Origin: Tubulanus polymorphus
Taxonomy: Eukaryota > Animalia > Nemertea
DNA length: 64,000 nt
Assembly (NCBI RefSeq): GCF_964204645.1
Contig: NC_134036.1
Coordinates: 8,868,230-8,932,229 of the forward strand
Direction: 5' to 3'
Under the pieces are notes generated by a model, which had not been told where the DNA came from, did no database searches, and saw nothing but the letters and a program-made list of their open reading frames with translations. The position numbers and the translations under genes are program-made. Shown here piece by piece: positions 13,120 through 26,245 of this stretch. The stretch's first letter is position 1. Each line of letters begins with the position of its first letter.

Positions 13120-13228
13120 AGGACTCAGTTCCACAGTTGTGAGTTAGAGTTAACTCTGAGTTAAAATAAGTTCATTTTCAATGAGTTAACTCAGGGTCAA
13201 ATCTTAACTCCGAACCGTGGAACTGAAC
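13120..13228. repeat. Short palindromic MITE-like repeat family (other copies about 3185-3292, 18238-18349, 53270-53378)
   Basis: CAGTTCCACAG...GAGTTAACTC...GTGGAACTG inverted termini recur at several places, including nested inside the 9-bp-TSD element. Confidence 0.7.
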
Positions 13229-15567
13229 AGGTGAGTGCAATAAACTAGCGCCTCTAAGGCTTCCCGGCTCAAATACTGAGGGAGTGGATGAAGTTTCGTT
13301 ACGATAAGAAACGATGAAATACCCTTACGCCGAAACCCTTAGGAAACGGAGCATGATTGAATGTTCATTTCGAGATCATTAATTTTTCAAACTATTTACC
13401 AATCAGCCAACTCAAATGTCCCAGATGTTTGTCAAAAAGAGTTTTATTTTCTTACCCATATAGCAAGAAGCCATTGATTTGAAATACGCTGTTTTATATT
13501 GTAGGTAACACAGTATGAGATCTGTTCTAATCTAAGAAATCATATATACTATATTGTATGAATTGTCATCTGACCAAAATACCATACGATATACAATATT
13601 CCTATTAAATGCACCATTTATGATTGCATGTCTAGCTATTATTACCACCCCATCCATTACTTACTTGAAGTTTCGTCACCAGTGCTGATGCTATTGTGAT
13701 GGATCGTCAGAGTTTGAATCCGAATATGAATATAAATATAGAAAGGACGTCGTATTGATTTCATATCTTTCATCACACTATTTGCTCATATGTTCCCGAT
13801 GATGACATCCTTGTACAATTTTGGTTATTCGATACCAAATTTCAGCAAGCGATTTAATATGGAATGCGTTCAATATATGATATATAGTTGGGGAGCTAGC
13901 TTGCATTTGCCATGTGTACTCAGCCCAAAAGTTCAACCTTTAGCAATTGATAAGCCATATGTGCGAGTGAAAGTAAGGCACATCTTGAGTTACGCATCAT
14001 GAGCAGAAGGCCCCGTAACCCGCCTCCCGCCAAAAAGAAATATGAAAAAAATCAAATTCATACTAAAGATGTGTGTGCTAAAGGCAAACCTGACTTGGAA
14101 ATGTCCGAACCAACACAGGGATTATATATTTCAATCTCAAGACTATTTTACTTTTAGCATTACCAATTCAGCCTATATAAATGGGTAATTAAGGTTTTGT
14201 TCTGAGCATTGAGCCCAAACAATTTTCTTTTTCTATTTCTCATTGAACTCACAATCATTCACATTGAATCAATGTAAGACCCAATTATCTTCAGCCCAAG
14301 GAGTTAATACAGTCGTCAATCGCAACTCTATAGTAACATAGATTAAAATTGACGTGATTTAATCTGTCAATAAATCCAATTTCACAATCTTGAGGGTTTG
14401 AAACTGCTCCCAGTTCAACAAATGGTTTCTATTAAGGGCCCAGTTTTACAGTAATTTTGTTCCACGTGTCCCTGAATCAAGTTTTACAGTCTTTTTTGCT
14501 TTGACTTGTTATCCCGTTCCACCATTTAGTCAGTTTCATACGCCTCTATCACGGTCATTAGGGACTAATTTGACTTTGCATCCAGTCCCATACATTTTAG
14601 GTCTATTTGACATAAAAAGTTTGAAAACGTTATTTAGTTTAATAATATCGGATCCTGAATTTTAAGAAAAATATTCCAGACGAAAAAGTTTCATATTTCA
14701 CCCGTTTCCACTCAGGTTTCAAGTACTGAAATTAGCACCTGTTGAGAGCATTGAATAGATAATCAAATACTATATTTAATGTATGAAGCATAAAATTTAT
14801 GAGCGAATTTTCAGCTTAAAGGTTCCAATACTTAATGCTGCAACCGAACTTTAACTAGAAGGCAGAACCGTAAGTAGATAAGAAAGTGGCCGCGATGACC
14901 GTATCGTGTAGTTTATTAAGAGATTATTATTATTTTTAGATGATTTCGATTCAATTTTCATGAATTTCATAGCCTTAAATTCATTTTGTAACTATGGCGC
15001 AGACTTTATTTCATTCAAAAGATTCTCGACAAATAAAGGAATCTGTAAACTTATTTCAATTAATCGACCTTCGTGTTCACAATACATTGAACTATTAACC
15101 GTGTCTAATAATTCCCAGCAGACACAGGGAAGAGAGACCGACGATTTTTCCTGTTTGTCTGATGCCAATCACAAGCAATTTGACCGCCTCGCACTAACGG
15201 CTATTGAAACACTCCGCCAACAGAAAGTCACGTGACTACAAGAAGTACTGTCTATGCCATTGAAGTGACTTCAAATTGATGAAATGTTACAAGAAAATAT
15301 TCACTAAATTGGTCATATCTTTTATTCTCATTAAAAAAAAGATGAGACTTAGATGAAAATCAAAACTTTTCATAGTATAGCACTTAAACCAGCAATGCAG
15401 AAAAAATCGTTATCGCTGCGTTATTCATCTATGGAGTAATTTGTTTTGATGCAGCATTATTTTCAATCTGTGAAAGACTTTTTACTGAGAGCCCATTGAA
15501 TACGTGGTAATGATTTCTCAAAATGCCAAATTGCTACTATATTGAATTCAAATTCTTGGCGGTAAAA

Positions 15568-15637
15568 ATGATTGCTTTTTCTAATGATTCTCGTATTTGT
15601 TAAAGGTCTGATTGTAGTCTGTAGTCGTTTGCTGCAG
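15568..15637 (+). pseudogene. Orphan, frameshifted signal-peptide exon of the knottin family
   Basis: ATGATTGCTTTTTCTAATGATTCTCGTATTTGTTAA...TTTGCTGCAG|GTAAT. The upstream region (about 15270-15567) and intron start match K1/K2/K3. It has a premature stop, and no Cys exon was found downstream. Confidence 0.7.
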
Positions 15638-16269
15638 GTAATTAATGCAGGCAGTTTAATACGCTTGATTTTATAGCATGTTTTGGATATAAATCAGAAT
15701 CTCAATTATCAGTAAACAACAATTGTTTTTGATTGGTCTGATTTAATACTAAATCTTTAAAATTTGTGTTAAGTGGGTGTATGTATTTTTCAATCATTCA
15801 TTCAAATATCGTTATTATTGTACAAGCCTCCAAACCACTAAGTTTTAAACGAGCATCTACATTTTTCAGATCTCGAAGACACTAAAAAACAGTTTGTGAA
15901 ATCTGGGCATTCGCAATTAGGACACGTGCTTAAGACGTGTTTTCTGACTGTTGAATTGATGATAGATAAAGATTGATATGATAGATGCGTTTTAAATAAT
16001 GTCGTTGCTCTCGAATATCTTAAAACATGCATATGGTCAATTAACATACAAAAATGCATTTACAAATACGAAATAAAGAGCACGAAAATGTGTTTACAAT
16101 TATGAAATAAAGTCCAATTCTTACCAAAGGACCTGTCCTTAAGTTTGATTTTGTCGCGCAACTGATGATACGGTGCAATTACAATGTTTATTAAAAGTCC
16201 GTGCAAAACAACGAATTCCCCTTTTAGTATCGCCATCCAAAAGGACATACAGAGCAAGATATATCTTTG

Positions 16270-17447
16270 TTAGGGAAATTCTGCATCTTCTATCATAAGT
16301 TTTGCCACATCACCAAACGTGGAAACCTAGGAGTCCCCGTAGCCTTACCGCGATCAACCATTTTCGTAGACCGAAAATGGGAAAAGTGAAAATAATAGTA
16401 AGATACTTGGTTTAATCGAGCCGTTCTTGTTTGAAAAAATCAGACGGCATTTGAACCGTTGTTTACAGGTAGTTTTTTCAGTTTTCTTTATAAGTATAGA
16501 TTTGATGAATAATAATTACAGTCATCGGGGGATCGTCGTATTCTCCCCGTTCCAAGAGTTCTGGGTCGCTGTATAGCGCCAAAGCTACATCTCCGGCATA
16601 AGTCGTCGCTTCGTAAGGAGTGCTAATCTCGAAAGTTCGCCGCTGATTTCTATTCACAGTTTCACAGTCTCCTCTTTTCTTCGTCTCATGGAAAAAGAAA
16701 ATCACACATCATGCTATAAAATTAGAATTTGATTGTTTTCAAAACACATGAATTCAGTTTAACGCCTGAATCATCGACACCAGATATTCTCCATTACAAC
16801 GAGTGTCTGAAACACTATTTAACCGTTTTTGATAATAGGCATTATCATTATTGAAACATGAATATATTTGATTGGAGTAACATTTACCTTACGAAATATA
16901 TTATAACACCCGTACACAGGATAAGAAGTAATACAAGTCCAGCAACTGCGCCTCCAACAATCGCATAAAGATTCATATATATCTTCACTTTAACGAATTG
17001 GGTCATTGCTGTACATATTTATACTGTATTTGTTAATGTGATGATTGCAGACCTAATGGGTCGTTTAAGGTTGGGTGACGATCTGGTTATATCGTTATAT
17101 CGGCATATTTTCGTAGTCCTTCCTTGAAATCCTAAAAACTCAAAATTTCATAAATCACAGGAAAGGAAAAGCAGGTTTGAGATGAATATATCAGTAGTAA
17201 CTTACAGCATACCCAAACGAATATTCTGCGCCGTGTTTTAACGGTGCATTAAAATAGTTCCGGTACATTTCGCCGTCACCTACGATAAACTTGCACGGCG
17301 GTGGATGTGGTAATTCGGTTGCTATATGTTGATTAAAACCGAGTAGTTTTGATTCGATGTAGTTTTTGGATGTATCAGTTGAACCAATGTTACTTGCGTT
17401 CACATTTCTCTTCACGAGAATTTCATGATTAGTTACTGATTCAACCC
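16270..17447 (-). pseudogene. Relic of a single-pass membrane protein with RPTP-like juxtamembrane domain
   Basis: One exon encodes HIATELPHPPPCKFIVGDGEMYRNYFNAPLKHGAEY, matching the FxVGD...YxNxPLxxGxxY motif of receptor tyrosine phosphatase membrane-proximal regions. A TM helix (LYAIVGGAVAGLVLLLILCTGVIIYFV) and a Tyr-containing tail follow. An in-frame stop precedes the TM and no phosphatase domain is seen. Confidence 0.55.
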
Positions 17448-18777
17448 TTAAATAAAGTGATGAAAAAACTCAAACTGAGTGGCAAAACTAAACAAAGGGC
17501 AGATGCAGAAACGGCTTAATCAGGTAGCGAGTGGATTACTACCCCTAGTTTCTGCTCGCTATTGCTTACCGCGGCAATTTTGGAAAAGGGCACCGAAAGG
17601 GGTCGGTTCTAACACGCGGAACCCGAACCCCTTGCACCCGACCCTGCAGCTTGTAGCGCGTGTGTTTGAATAGTAGAAGCGCATAGAACAGAATTTCAGA
17701 ATTTACAGTATTTGCTTTTCTATTCACGATAATGATTTTTCAGCGCGAATTTTAGTAATTAGAATCATAACTGCAGCAGATGGTTCAATACGGAGCTTTA
17801 TTTTCGATCTATTATCATCGCTGGTTGTAAATCCAGCTGCCCCTTCAACTGACTAATACGATGAGACGAAATGCATAATATTCGCTTTTCCATGATGATG
17901 ATTTTTCGTGCGCAAATTAAATGGTTTAATGCGAAGCGTTCGGTTTGATAGGTAATGATTGTAATGATAGGTAATGATGGGTAAAGCAACACAAAACAAC
18001 GCTGAACGCGCCTAGGCGATGATCGAGTCAGTGTTTGACACTTCTCATGCATTCAAATGACATTGGAGCATATTCGAGTGCCCGGGAATTATGGTGTATA
18101 TGTATATTTAGGGCCTGCTTGAATGTAGTTGACAGATATGTGGCTTATGGGATTAGGGTAAAATGTGTGTCGAAAAACGGTATCCCGACGATACGGGCAA
18201 AGGTGCACACAAACTAGAAGACATCGAAACTGCTGTATCCAGTTCCACACTGTTGTGAGTTAGAGTTAACTCTGAGTTAAAGTTACTTCATTTCCAATGC
18301 GTTAACTCAAATCCAAATCTTAACTCAGAACTGTGGAAGCGGACCCTGGATTTGTGTAAACTTGTCGGCTACACTTACGACCGGGCGCCTTTCGTTCCGG
18401 TTGCATCAGTGACCGTGTTTCCAGTTGGACTCCGACATGCGGGCAAGTTCATAACAATCCCCCGATGTAACCGAAGGTTCTTCCTTTTGTCAATGTCGCT
18501 ATCCGTTTTTTGCAGTAAAAAAACGTTGTTATTTAAATAGTATATGTTCTCTAAATTGTTCTCAGCAACCCCGCTGTTGGGCAATTCGAATGACGTCACG
18601 AATCACGTCAGTCTCGAGTAAGTTTTCTTGATATGCTAATGCCCTTTAACTAAATTAAAGCTACGAACCATGGTTTTTTTTGATGATTCGAACAAAATTT
18701 CAAAAGGTATGGCATGGAAATAGTTGAAATTGACATTGTTGAAATCGCAACAATCAAAATGAAGGAGTCTTTTTTAA

Positions 18778-19210
18778 GGCCCGTTGCACACGGCAAAACA
18801 TTTTTTTCGCCGAAACAGAAAACACTTTTTTCACATAACGTTTTTCGTAAAACTTTTTTGCCCGCAAACGATAAAACTTTCAACGCACACGACATAACGA
18901 AAACGCGCAGAAAACATTTCTTGCACCATCGATTCCATGGAGACAACAATAAACTCAGTTATTTAATTTTTGTAACGCCATGTGTTACATTGTTGCTCGC
19001 TGATTGGTTATTCAGCCATGGATGTTTTGCAAGACACAAAACACCCACCTCACACGCGATGAAAAACGTGATCGACTACACAAAACATTTTTCGCAAATC
19101 AAGCAGTGCTTGAATCGTGGGTTTTGTGTTTTGTCTCCCCGCACACGGCATAACATAAACATCGAAAACATCGTTTTTTTTTCACGAGGAAAAAACGTGT
19201 GCATTGGGCT
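18778..19210. mobile_element. PIF/Harbinger-like MITE
   Basis: Imperfect TIRs GGCCCGTTGCACACG / CGTGTGCATTGGGCT, flanked by TAA (left) and TTA (right). Confidence 0.6.
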
Positions 19211-21036
19211 TTATGATTCCAATGAGTTAATGAAGACTTTTTTAGCAATCCTTCCATTCATTGCAAAATGGATATAATACGATAGTCTACTTAGATTGTA
19301 CGGATTCACCAGTCGAATCAAAACCGCATTGAGGGACGTGTTCAAAAGTCAAAGAGAAATATCCCCACTAGATCGAGGGATTTCAGACTTAGATTAGTAA
19401 ATCTGCCGGTGTTGGCCTAAGCGGCAAAATCATTTATCAATTGCGCCCCGTGATGAGTATAGGATTGTCGCGTATCGATTCTGTTTAACAAAACATCGAT
19501 ATAGGCTCCGATCAATATCAAGCTGTGCAATCATTCCAATTTATGTATGAAACGTATAAAATAAAACTAGTTTTATCCATTCGTCGACAGTTTCTGGTTC
19601 GAGAAAACGAGATATTTTCATTTCGAAAGTTGAAAAAAACGTCCCCAAAAGCCACCAAGGTAAGCTCAGTGACGATTTCATTCAGATCCATATCATTCAT
19701 TTTGAACGTCGATTGTTGAAACATCTATTATTGCGTGACATCGATTTTTCGGGATATTCCTCTTAAACGTTTGGACACATACCTCAATATGTCTAAATGG
19801 GACCGGTAAAATCGTCGTTTTCATATCCATTCTATACTGATACATAGGTTTGCTAAGTGTCCTTAACTCATTTTAATTAGGGAAAATAGACTCCGTCTCA
19901 TGAACTAAATCAATTTCAAGAAGGTATTTCCACGCATATTATTTGAAATTATTTTCAAATCATAAAAATCGTGCTTCGTAGGCACGAAAAACACGGGAAA
20001 CACAGTGTTCTAATTTCACAAAAAATTGCTTATCTTTTTTCATTTTAACACAAAAACTGAAGACTTTATGGCAATGCATCAGTATGGTGTAACATGGATG
20101 TAAAAACAATGATTTATCTAGACTGCACAGTTTCACTGGTCGTATTGAAACTAATTTGAGTTATGTGTTCAAAAACTAAGCGAAATGTCCATTAAGATGA
20201 GTGTTGCACGAAAGAAAATAAACGTTAGTATACATAGTCCATAGAATTAAAATAGTTCATGTAATGGATTTCATCATGTTAAGTGATATTTGAGTGAACG
20301 CTTGTTTTTGCCATTACAATTTCGCCAGTGTTTAGCCTTAGGTTAAGGTAGGGTGTAAACAAGAGGGAATTACCCTTCCAATTGATTCTATAACTTATTT
20401 GAAAATATTCGCCTCATTCTATGTGTTGCACCATTATTTTTTAGTTTTTGACTTTGATCCCCAATTATTGTATGTTTAAACAAGAAAAACGTGAAATCGT
20501 TTTTTTTTCAAATCGAGCAACGGAGGTTCCAGCCACGTTTAAGTTATCGGATTGTTTTTGTTAATTTCAAATTTACTCCGCACTGTATATTCAACACATA
20601 CATCAGTAATTTCAGTCACCAAAATCCAAGCTGCAAAACGTGACTAGATATTTTTCTGCTGGAATTCATGTAATGGCCAGGCGTTCAACGACGTGTCACT
20701 GATCGTACCCTCTAGCATGGCAATATTTTCTATATATTTCTGGATTTTAACCGTTGGAGATTTTTATTTGATCTGCATAGAATTGATAACCAAGATTTTT
20801 TTGCGTAACTAATTTCAATTAACCAGCAGAAACCCCGTTATCGTTGTTTGAAACTAAGTCTATCAGCGGTTGTTTTTTTTCTGGTATATTTTCGAACCTG
20901 GTACATTATCTGAAAAATGGTTTATTCATTGAGAGCCTATTGAAACTATCGAATAACAATGATTTGGGATTTACCAAATTGCTAATATTCGTAACAATGA
21001 TGCTGATATATTCAATTCCAATTTAAGATAGTGAAA

Positions 21037-21663
21037 ATGCTGGCTCATTTAGTAACTCGCGTTTGTGCGGTGGTTGTGATTGTGGCCAGTGCCGCGTCAA
21101 TTGCAGAAGGTAAGTAACGGTAGTGACAACGATAAACCTGTCTAACTGTGTAGTATTGGCCTGCCAATGAGGTAAAAGACCTCTAGAAAAAATATTACGG
21201 CATTTTTGTTAATGGTTGGCAACATACATCAATCGATAGATTAGATCTGATAGTTCATGAAAATGCCTATTGCCACACTGTAGTATATGCTATATATAGT
21301 GATGGAATTAATCTGATTAATAGCATTTCAGAGATGATATTAGATATTTCTATTCTGACCAAAAATATTGCGTGCTAAATATTGTTCTTATACACACGTG
21401 TTTCCGGCGTATAATTCTGTCGGAATGACAGACATGAATGAGGAGTATCGATCATCCTCATCGTCGGGAGCATCGCCGGTCTCACAACTTGGCGCAAGGG
21501 TTCCATTATTTTCACAATTAGATTAAAAAACAAGTTTTTCCTGCTAAAGTTTTTAATTTCATGTTCTTTTTTTCATATAGGACTTTGCAATCCCAACGGC
21601 TTTGTGTGTTCCGCTGATCAAGTTTGTTGCAACCACCACTGTAAAAACGAATTTTGTAGCTAA
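21037..21663 (+). CDS. ICK/knottin peptide precursor K2, 51 aa, 2 exons (21037-21109, 21581-21663)
   Basis: MLAHLVTRVCAVVVIVASAASIAE|GLCNPNGFVCSADQVCCNHHCKNEFCS*. Phase-1 GT-AG intron, same Cys spacing as K1, AATAAA at 21823-21828. Confidence 0.9.
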
Positions 21664-21849
21664 TCGTTGGTATTATATGTTCATAATGGGATATACTTGT
21701 GGTGGTTTGGGAAATACCCGATTATGAAACTGAATCACAGTCAGGTTACTGACATATTATGAAAAAGCTCTTGAATCTATAATTGTAACTCAGTCGTCGA
21801 ATCTCGTGTTTTAATTAGATTCAATAAAACTGCGAGTAAAAAAATCAAT

Positions 21850-22150
21850 GATCAGGTTGTTAGCTGTTTATGATTCGTCGGGGACGATTTTCAAACTGAT
21901 CAATAGAATGGCCCGTTCTATTCACGGCGACGAGCAGCAACTCTTGACTTCGACTTTTTAAATTCCCTCCACCCACTGAGCGCCGGGCACCAATATAAGT
22001 GAATTCGATGTTTCTTTTGTTCCCAATGGGGGAGAGACCAGAGAAGAATCTTCGACCAAGAAGCTCTGTCGCTATTAAGGTTTGAACCCGTAAACCCTCG
22101 GTCGACGACTCCAGTGACCGGGGCTTAAACCACTTGGCCACTGCGCCTCT
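21850..22150 (-). mobile_element. tRNA-derived SINE
   Basis: The minus-strand head GGCGCAGTGGCCAAGTGGTTTAAG (A box) ... GGGTTCAAACC (B box) is followed by a non-tRNA body. The 3' boundary is approximate. Confidence 0.6.
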
Positions 22151-22649
22151 TGACTAGGACTATTCACAAGCAAAAGATCAAAACCTCCGCTTCAATCATT
22201 CCAGTTACACGTTTAACATATATCCATGTGAGAACATTCTTAACACTGAAATAACGGTTTTTCGGCTTTATCGTTTTTTTCTACTCTAGAGTTGCATGAA
22301 TTGATGCCAAATGGCATGGTACGACGTGTGGATACATGGGACTATGCGGCAATTTCTTGATATCATTGAAATAAGCCGCAACATTAAAATTATCGTTAGT
22401 CGTAGGTCGACGAAACTGATAGTAAGCAATTCAATAAATAGATTCTGAATTGAGTCGAAATGGTCCGGCCGACGGGAACCGGTCGACACCAGCTTTTACC
22501 GGATAGTACCAATCCCAGCTAAGGGCTTCAAAGTGTTCGCTTGAACCCACGTAACAATCTATCATCAATCATGTCATCGTGTAAATTACAACCAACCCCG
22601 CGCGTGCGCGAAGGGCCAGTCTATTCTAAAAGATGCTTCGATTGCACGT

Positions 22650-22970
22650 GCTCCCTCAGCAGGGATTCGAACCTGATGGTATCGCTATACGCAGCCACGG
22701 CACAAAACCCTGCCACTTCAAACCAATGCGCAGCTTTGCCGCACGAAAACTTGCGGCACCAATCAGATTGCTCGTTTTATAATCGCTGAGAAAAATTTGA
22801 AGGAAGAAGTATAAACGGGGAAACCCGTGCTGAAATAAAACGGGATTTCTTATTGGCTAATAATGACATCATCTAAGCAGCGCGTGTAGCTGCACACTCG
22901 GTCTAGTGTGGCAGGGTTTCGTACCGTGGCAATCTCGATGCCCTCAGGTTCGAATCCCTGCCGGGGGAGG
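22650..22970. other. Divergent pair of related tRNA-like Pol III units
   Basis: Inverted homologues at about 22650-22737 (minus) and 22888-22968 (plus), each with GTGGCAGGGTTT...CAGGTTCGAATCCCTGC (perfect B box). The spacer has CCAAT/ATTGG boxes. Confidence 0.55.
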
Positions 22971-23209
22971 ATGTGATTTTAATGTTGAACAGATAATTGC
23001 TGTGACGTAGCCTACAGTAGGGAATTAAACATCGATCCGTTCCAATTATATTTTATTACGTATTATATTGACATACGCCTAAGTTTCTGAATGTACGTCG
23101 TCTTCGAGATAAGAAATTAGCGAGGGTTCTAATTGAAACATTTCTAGTGGTAATATTTGCAACTGTAATAGGGATAATAGGGGTTCATACCAAAGGTCGA
23201 AGGGTCAAC

Positions 23210-23350
<141 letters not shown>

Positions 23351-23399
23351 AATATGAATAACTTCTAAAATCAATTTTAATAAAAAATTTGATATTCAA

Positions 23400-24110
23400 A
23401 TGGAAGCAAATAAGAAGTACTACTGTCCGACATGTAAAATTAATATCGATAAATCTCAAAAAGCAAGGCACAATAAAACTAAAACACATTTGGGAAATAA
23501 ATTGAAATTAGAATATAAGGATGATATATTAGAAACTAAATTAGATGAATTAAAGAATGAAAAAGAAATATATAAAATTGATTTTAATTTTGTGTAATCA
23601 ATCATTCAGTAACAAAAGATATAATAATGAACATTTAAAAGTCATATTAGAAATATGATTAATGATATTTTAGGAGAAGATTATTTTGATAATGATAATG
23701 ATAAGAAACAGAAGACGATTAAATGAATTAAAAATAAATTAAACAATAAAAGACCATACATGGAAGATGTTAGAAATTATATTAATTCATTAGATAATAA
23801 AAAAGAAATAGAAATAACGGAAGCATTTAAAAGTGATATTGGACCAGCTGCTACTGAATTTAAATTTCATAAAGGAAAAACATTAGAAGAAAATAAAAAA
23901 CATTTAGAAAATATGAAAAATATTATAAAAATAATTACTGATGTTGAATACCCTAAAATTAGCATATCTTCTAAAGTTGAATTTATTAAATCTGAGGATA
24001 AACCAATATATAATATTAATTCTCATTCACAACATATTATTCCAAAACAGCAAATAGATAAAAAATAAGATAAATGTTATAATGAAGTAAAAACTAAAAT
24101 AGAAGAGGAA
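23400..24110 (+). pseudogene. AT-rich Polinton-type ORF with N-terminal C2H2-like zinc finger
   Basis: YYCPTCKINIDKSQKARHNKTKTH followed by fragmented Lys/Glu-rich reading frames; composition resembles the AT-rich module at 29150-34355. Confidence 0.5.
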
Positions 24111-24957
24111 TATTTTGAAATTTCTGAAAGTTAAGACTCAATCTAGTGGGTGGCCATCGGGCGATATGTCCGACGATGAAAAGAGAAAACTATATAGCGG
24201 AATACGCGGCCGGGAAGGTATCCAATTAGATGGGGATAAGATAGAAAACATTCCGCGTCTGCGAATAGTCGCAAAATTATGTCTGAACAGTAATGGGGGA
24301 AATTTGGACAAAATAGTAACAAAACTTCGGCGAAATACATTTCGGACCTGGGGGAATTTTACGATTTGATTCTCGATTCGACGGTTGAAATTTCAGACAT
24401 TATCATCTGTAATGATGAAGTACTCCGCCTACATTACAAAACAAAGTCTGAGTTTGTCAAACCAAACAGTCGAACGAACGTTGCCATAGCGGCTTTTACA
24501 ACTGCTCACGCTCGACTTATACTGACATACATACATGGAGAAGCTAAGGGATCGAACCCTTTACACGGAAACTGATTCAATCATGTATTCCGTAAAGCCT
24601 GGTGGAATGGGAACCAGAAACTGGCAAATTCTAAGCCGACATGACAGACGAGCTCGGTCGTATTTGCTACATAACTGAATTTGTTTCGGGGGCCTAAAAA
24701 TACAGCCATAAAGCGCTTGATACGGAGACGAACCGTTATTCGTATGAATGCATAGTCGTCAATTTCAAATCTATGCTTAAATTAATCACTGGCGATACCC
24801 GTGAGAAGCTTTTAGTAAATAATCCGGGTACAATTAAACGAGATATAAGGAGGGGGTAATTTATAACAAGGATGAGACCAAAACCTACCGCGCCGTGTAC
24901 ACAAAAAGGGCATTCGATCTGGATAAAAGATATAACACATTACCGTTTGGTTACTAG
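24110..24957 (+). pseudogene. Protein-primed DNA polymerase B, C-terminal part
   Basis: FLKVKTQSSGWP, AKLCLNS..GKFGQ, RTNVAIAAFTTAHARL, LYTETDSIMY (YxDTDS-like), DMTDEL, ITEFVSG and terminal TLPFGY*; several frameshifts. Confidence 0.9.
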
Positions 24958-25222
24958 TTTCTGATGTTGCGACAGTAAACTCAGTTTCATTGCCGCGATA
25001 AGCTGGAAAGTTACCTCCGTTTTGGCTCTTGGACAGTAAACTCAGTCTATTTGCGCACAGTGGTAGCTGGAAATTTGCCTCGTAACATAGGGTAAATCAT
25101 ATTATATAGGCGACCGATAATTTACCGTTTATTACGTTTCTAATAGCATCATACAATTTAGGGACATGAGTTTTATCTAGTCAATTTTGTAGTTACTTTT
25201 TTCGTAAATATTTTTGTTTACC

Positions 25223-25560
25223 TCAATAAAGTACTGAAATTTTAGTATTGCGTTTTGATTTCAGATATTACATTGATATTTGTTTGTATCATTATCTGTT
25301 TTAGACACAATAAAGAACTGATATATTAGTATTGCATTTTTATTTCAGATATTATTGTAATGTATCTACTTTGTAGTTATCTTTCAATGTAATAAAGAAC
25401 TGAAATATTAGTATTACATTTCATATATTAATCTAATGTGTTGACTCTGTAATTAACTTTTTTGATGCGATAAAGAACTGAAATATTAGTATCATATTTT
25501 ATTTCATATATTAATCTAATCCATTGAGTTTGTAATTATCATTATTAGACATATCATTTT
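25223..25560. repeat. Degenerate AT-rich tandem repeats (about 80 bp)
   Basis: Recurring (A)ATAAAGAACTGAAATATTAGTATT core, about 4 copies, downstream of pPolB. Confidence 0.7.
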
Positions 25561-25899
25561 CATATTTCTAGGAAGAAAATTTGTTGCTTCCGTTGTTACT
25601 TTGCTATCTCCAATGCTATGCCATGTGAATGTTGTTATGACTTTGTGTAAATATTTGCATAAGAACTTTTATAACAATAAAACGTAAACTTATATGATAT
25701 TTCAACCCTGAAAATAATTTGTTTTTTTCTCGTTGCCGCCTTCGATCCTTTTGAGCACTCCTCCAATGAGTAAAAGAAAAAAAAATATTTAAAATTAGTA
25801 ACTCAGATATCAGAAGGATTGTTGACTTCGGGACATTCACGTATCTTCTTGAAAACACTAATGTCTCTAGTAGCGCAGAAACAGCATAAGTCTTCCCGA

Positions 25900-26245
25900 T
25901 TAAAGTGAGTGAATATACATGGTCTGGCAGTTTTGAGTTAACGTAATTATCCCTCCCTAAACTGGATACGCTAGAGTCGTAGTCTCCAGCTATAGCGCGA
26001 TCGATTTCGTTGTCGATTTCCATTTTGCAGAAGTTTAAATGTACCCACTCTTGAATGTATAGAGATTTTCCATTTTTGGTCGGATATGCCCATCTTTTTG
26101 CGCTACAATCGTAATGTCGAAAGTCAATTCTTTTCGTATCGTTCCACGTAGTAGGACTGACATAAACCAGCATTTCTAGATGGAACTGCGTATCCGATTT
26201 CCTAGTGTTATCATTCAGAGAATTCGGTGTTGCTGTATCTCCTGA
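25900..26245 (-). pseudogene. PC4 (p15 coactivator)-like ssDNA-binding domain
   Basis: LVYVSPTTWNDTKRIDFRHY...YPTKNGKSLYIQEWVHL...EID matches the PC4 pattern YVSV...IDIR...PxKKGISL...QW..L...ID. Confidence 0.7.

Noticed and set aside
15838-16059. Cys-containing ORF (CPNCECPDFTNC) as another toxin exon
   Set aside because: Wrong strand for the orphan signal exon, different Cys spacing, and no family 3' UTR.
18650-19277. 187-aa and 99-aa ORFs
   Set aside because: They span a MITE interior and look like chance reading frames.
22880-22970. Genuine tRNA gene
   Set aside because: A B box is present, but no canonical cloverleaf or anticodon arm could be drawn.
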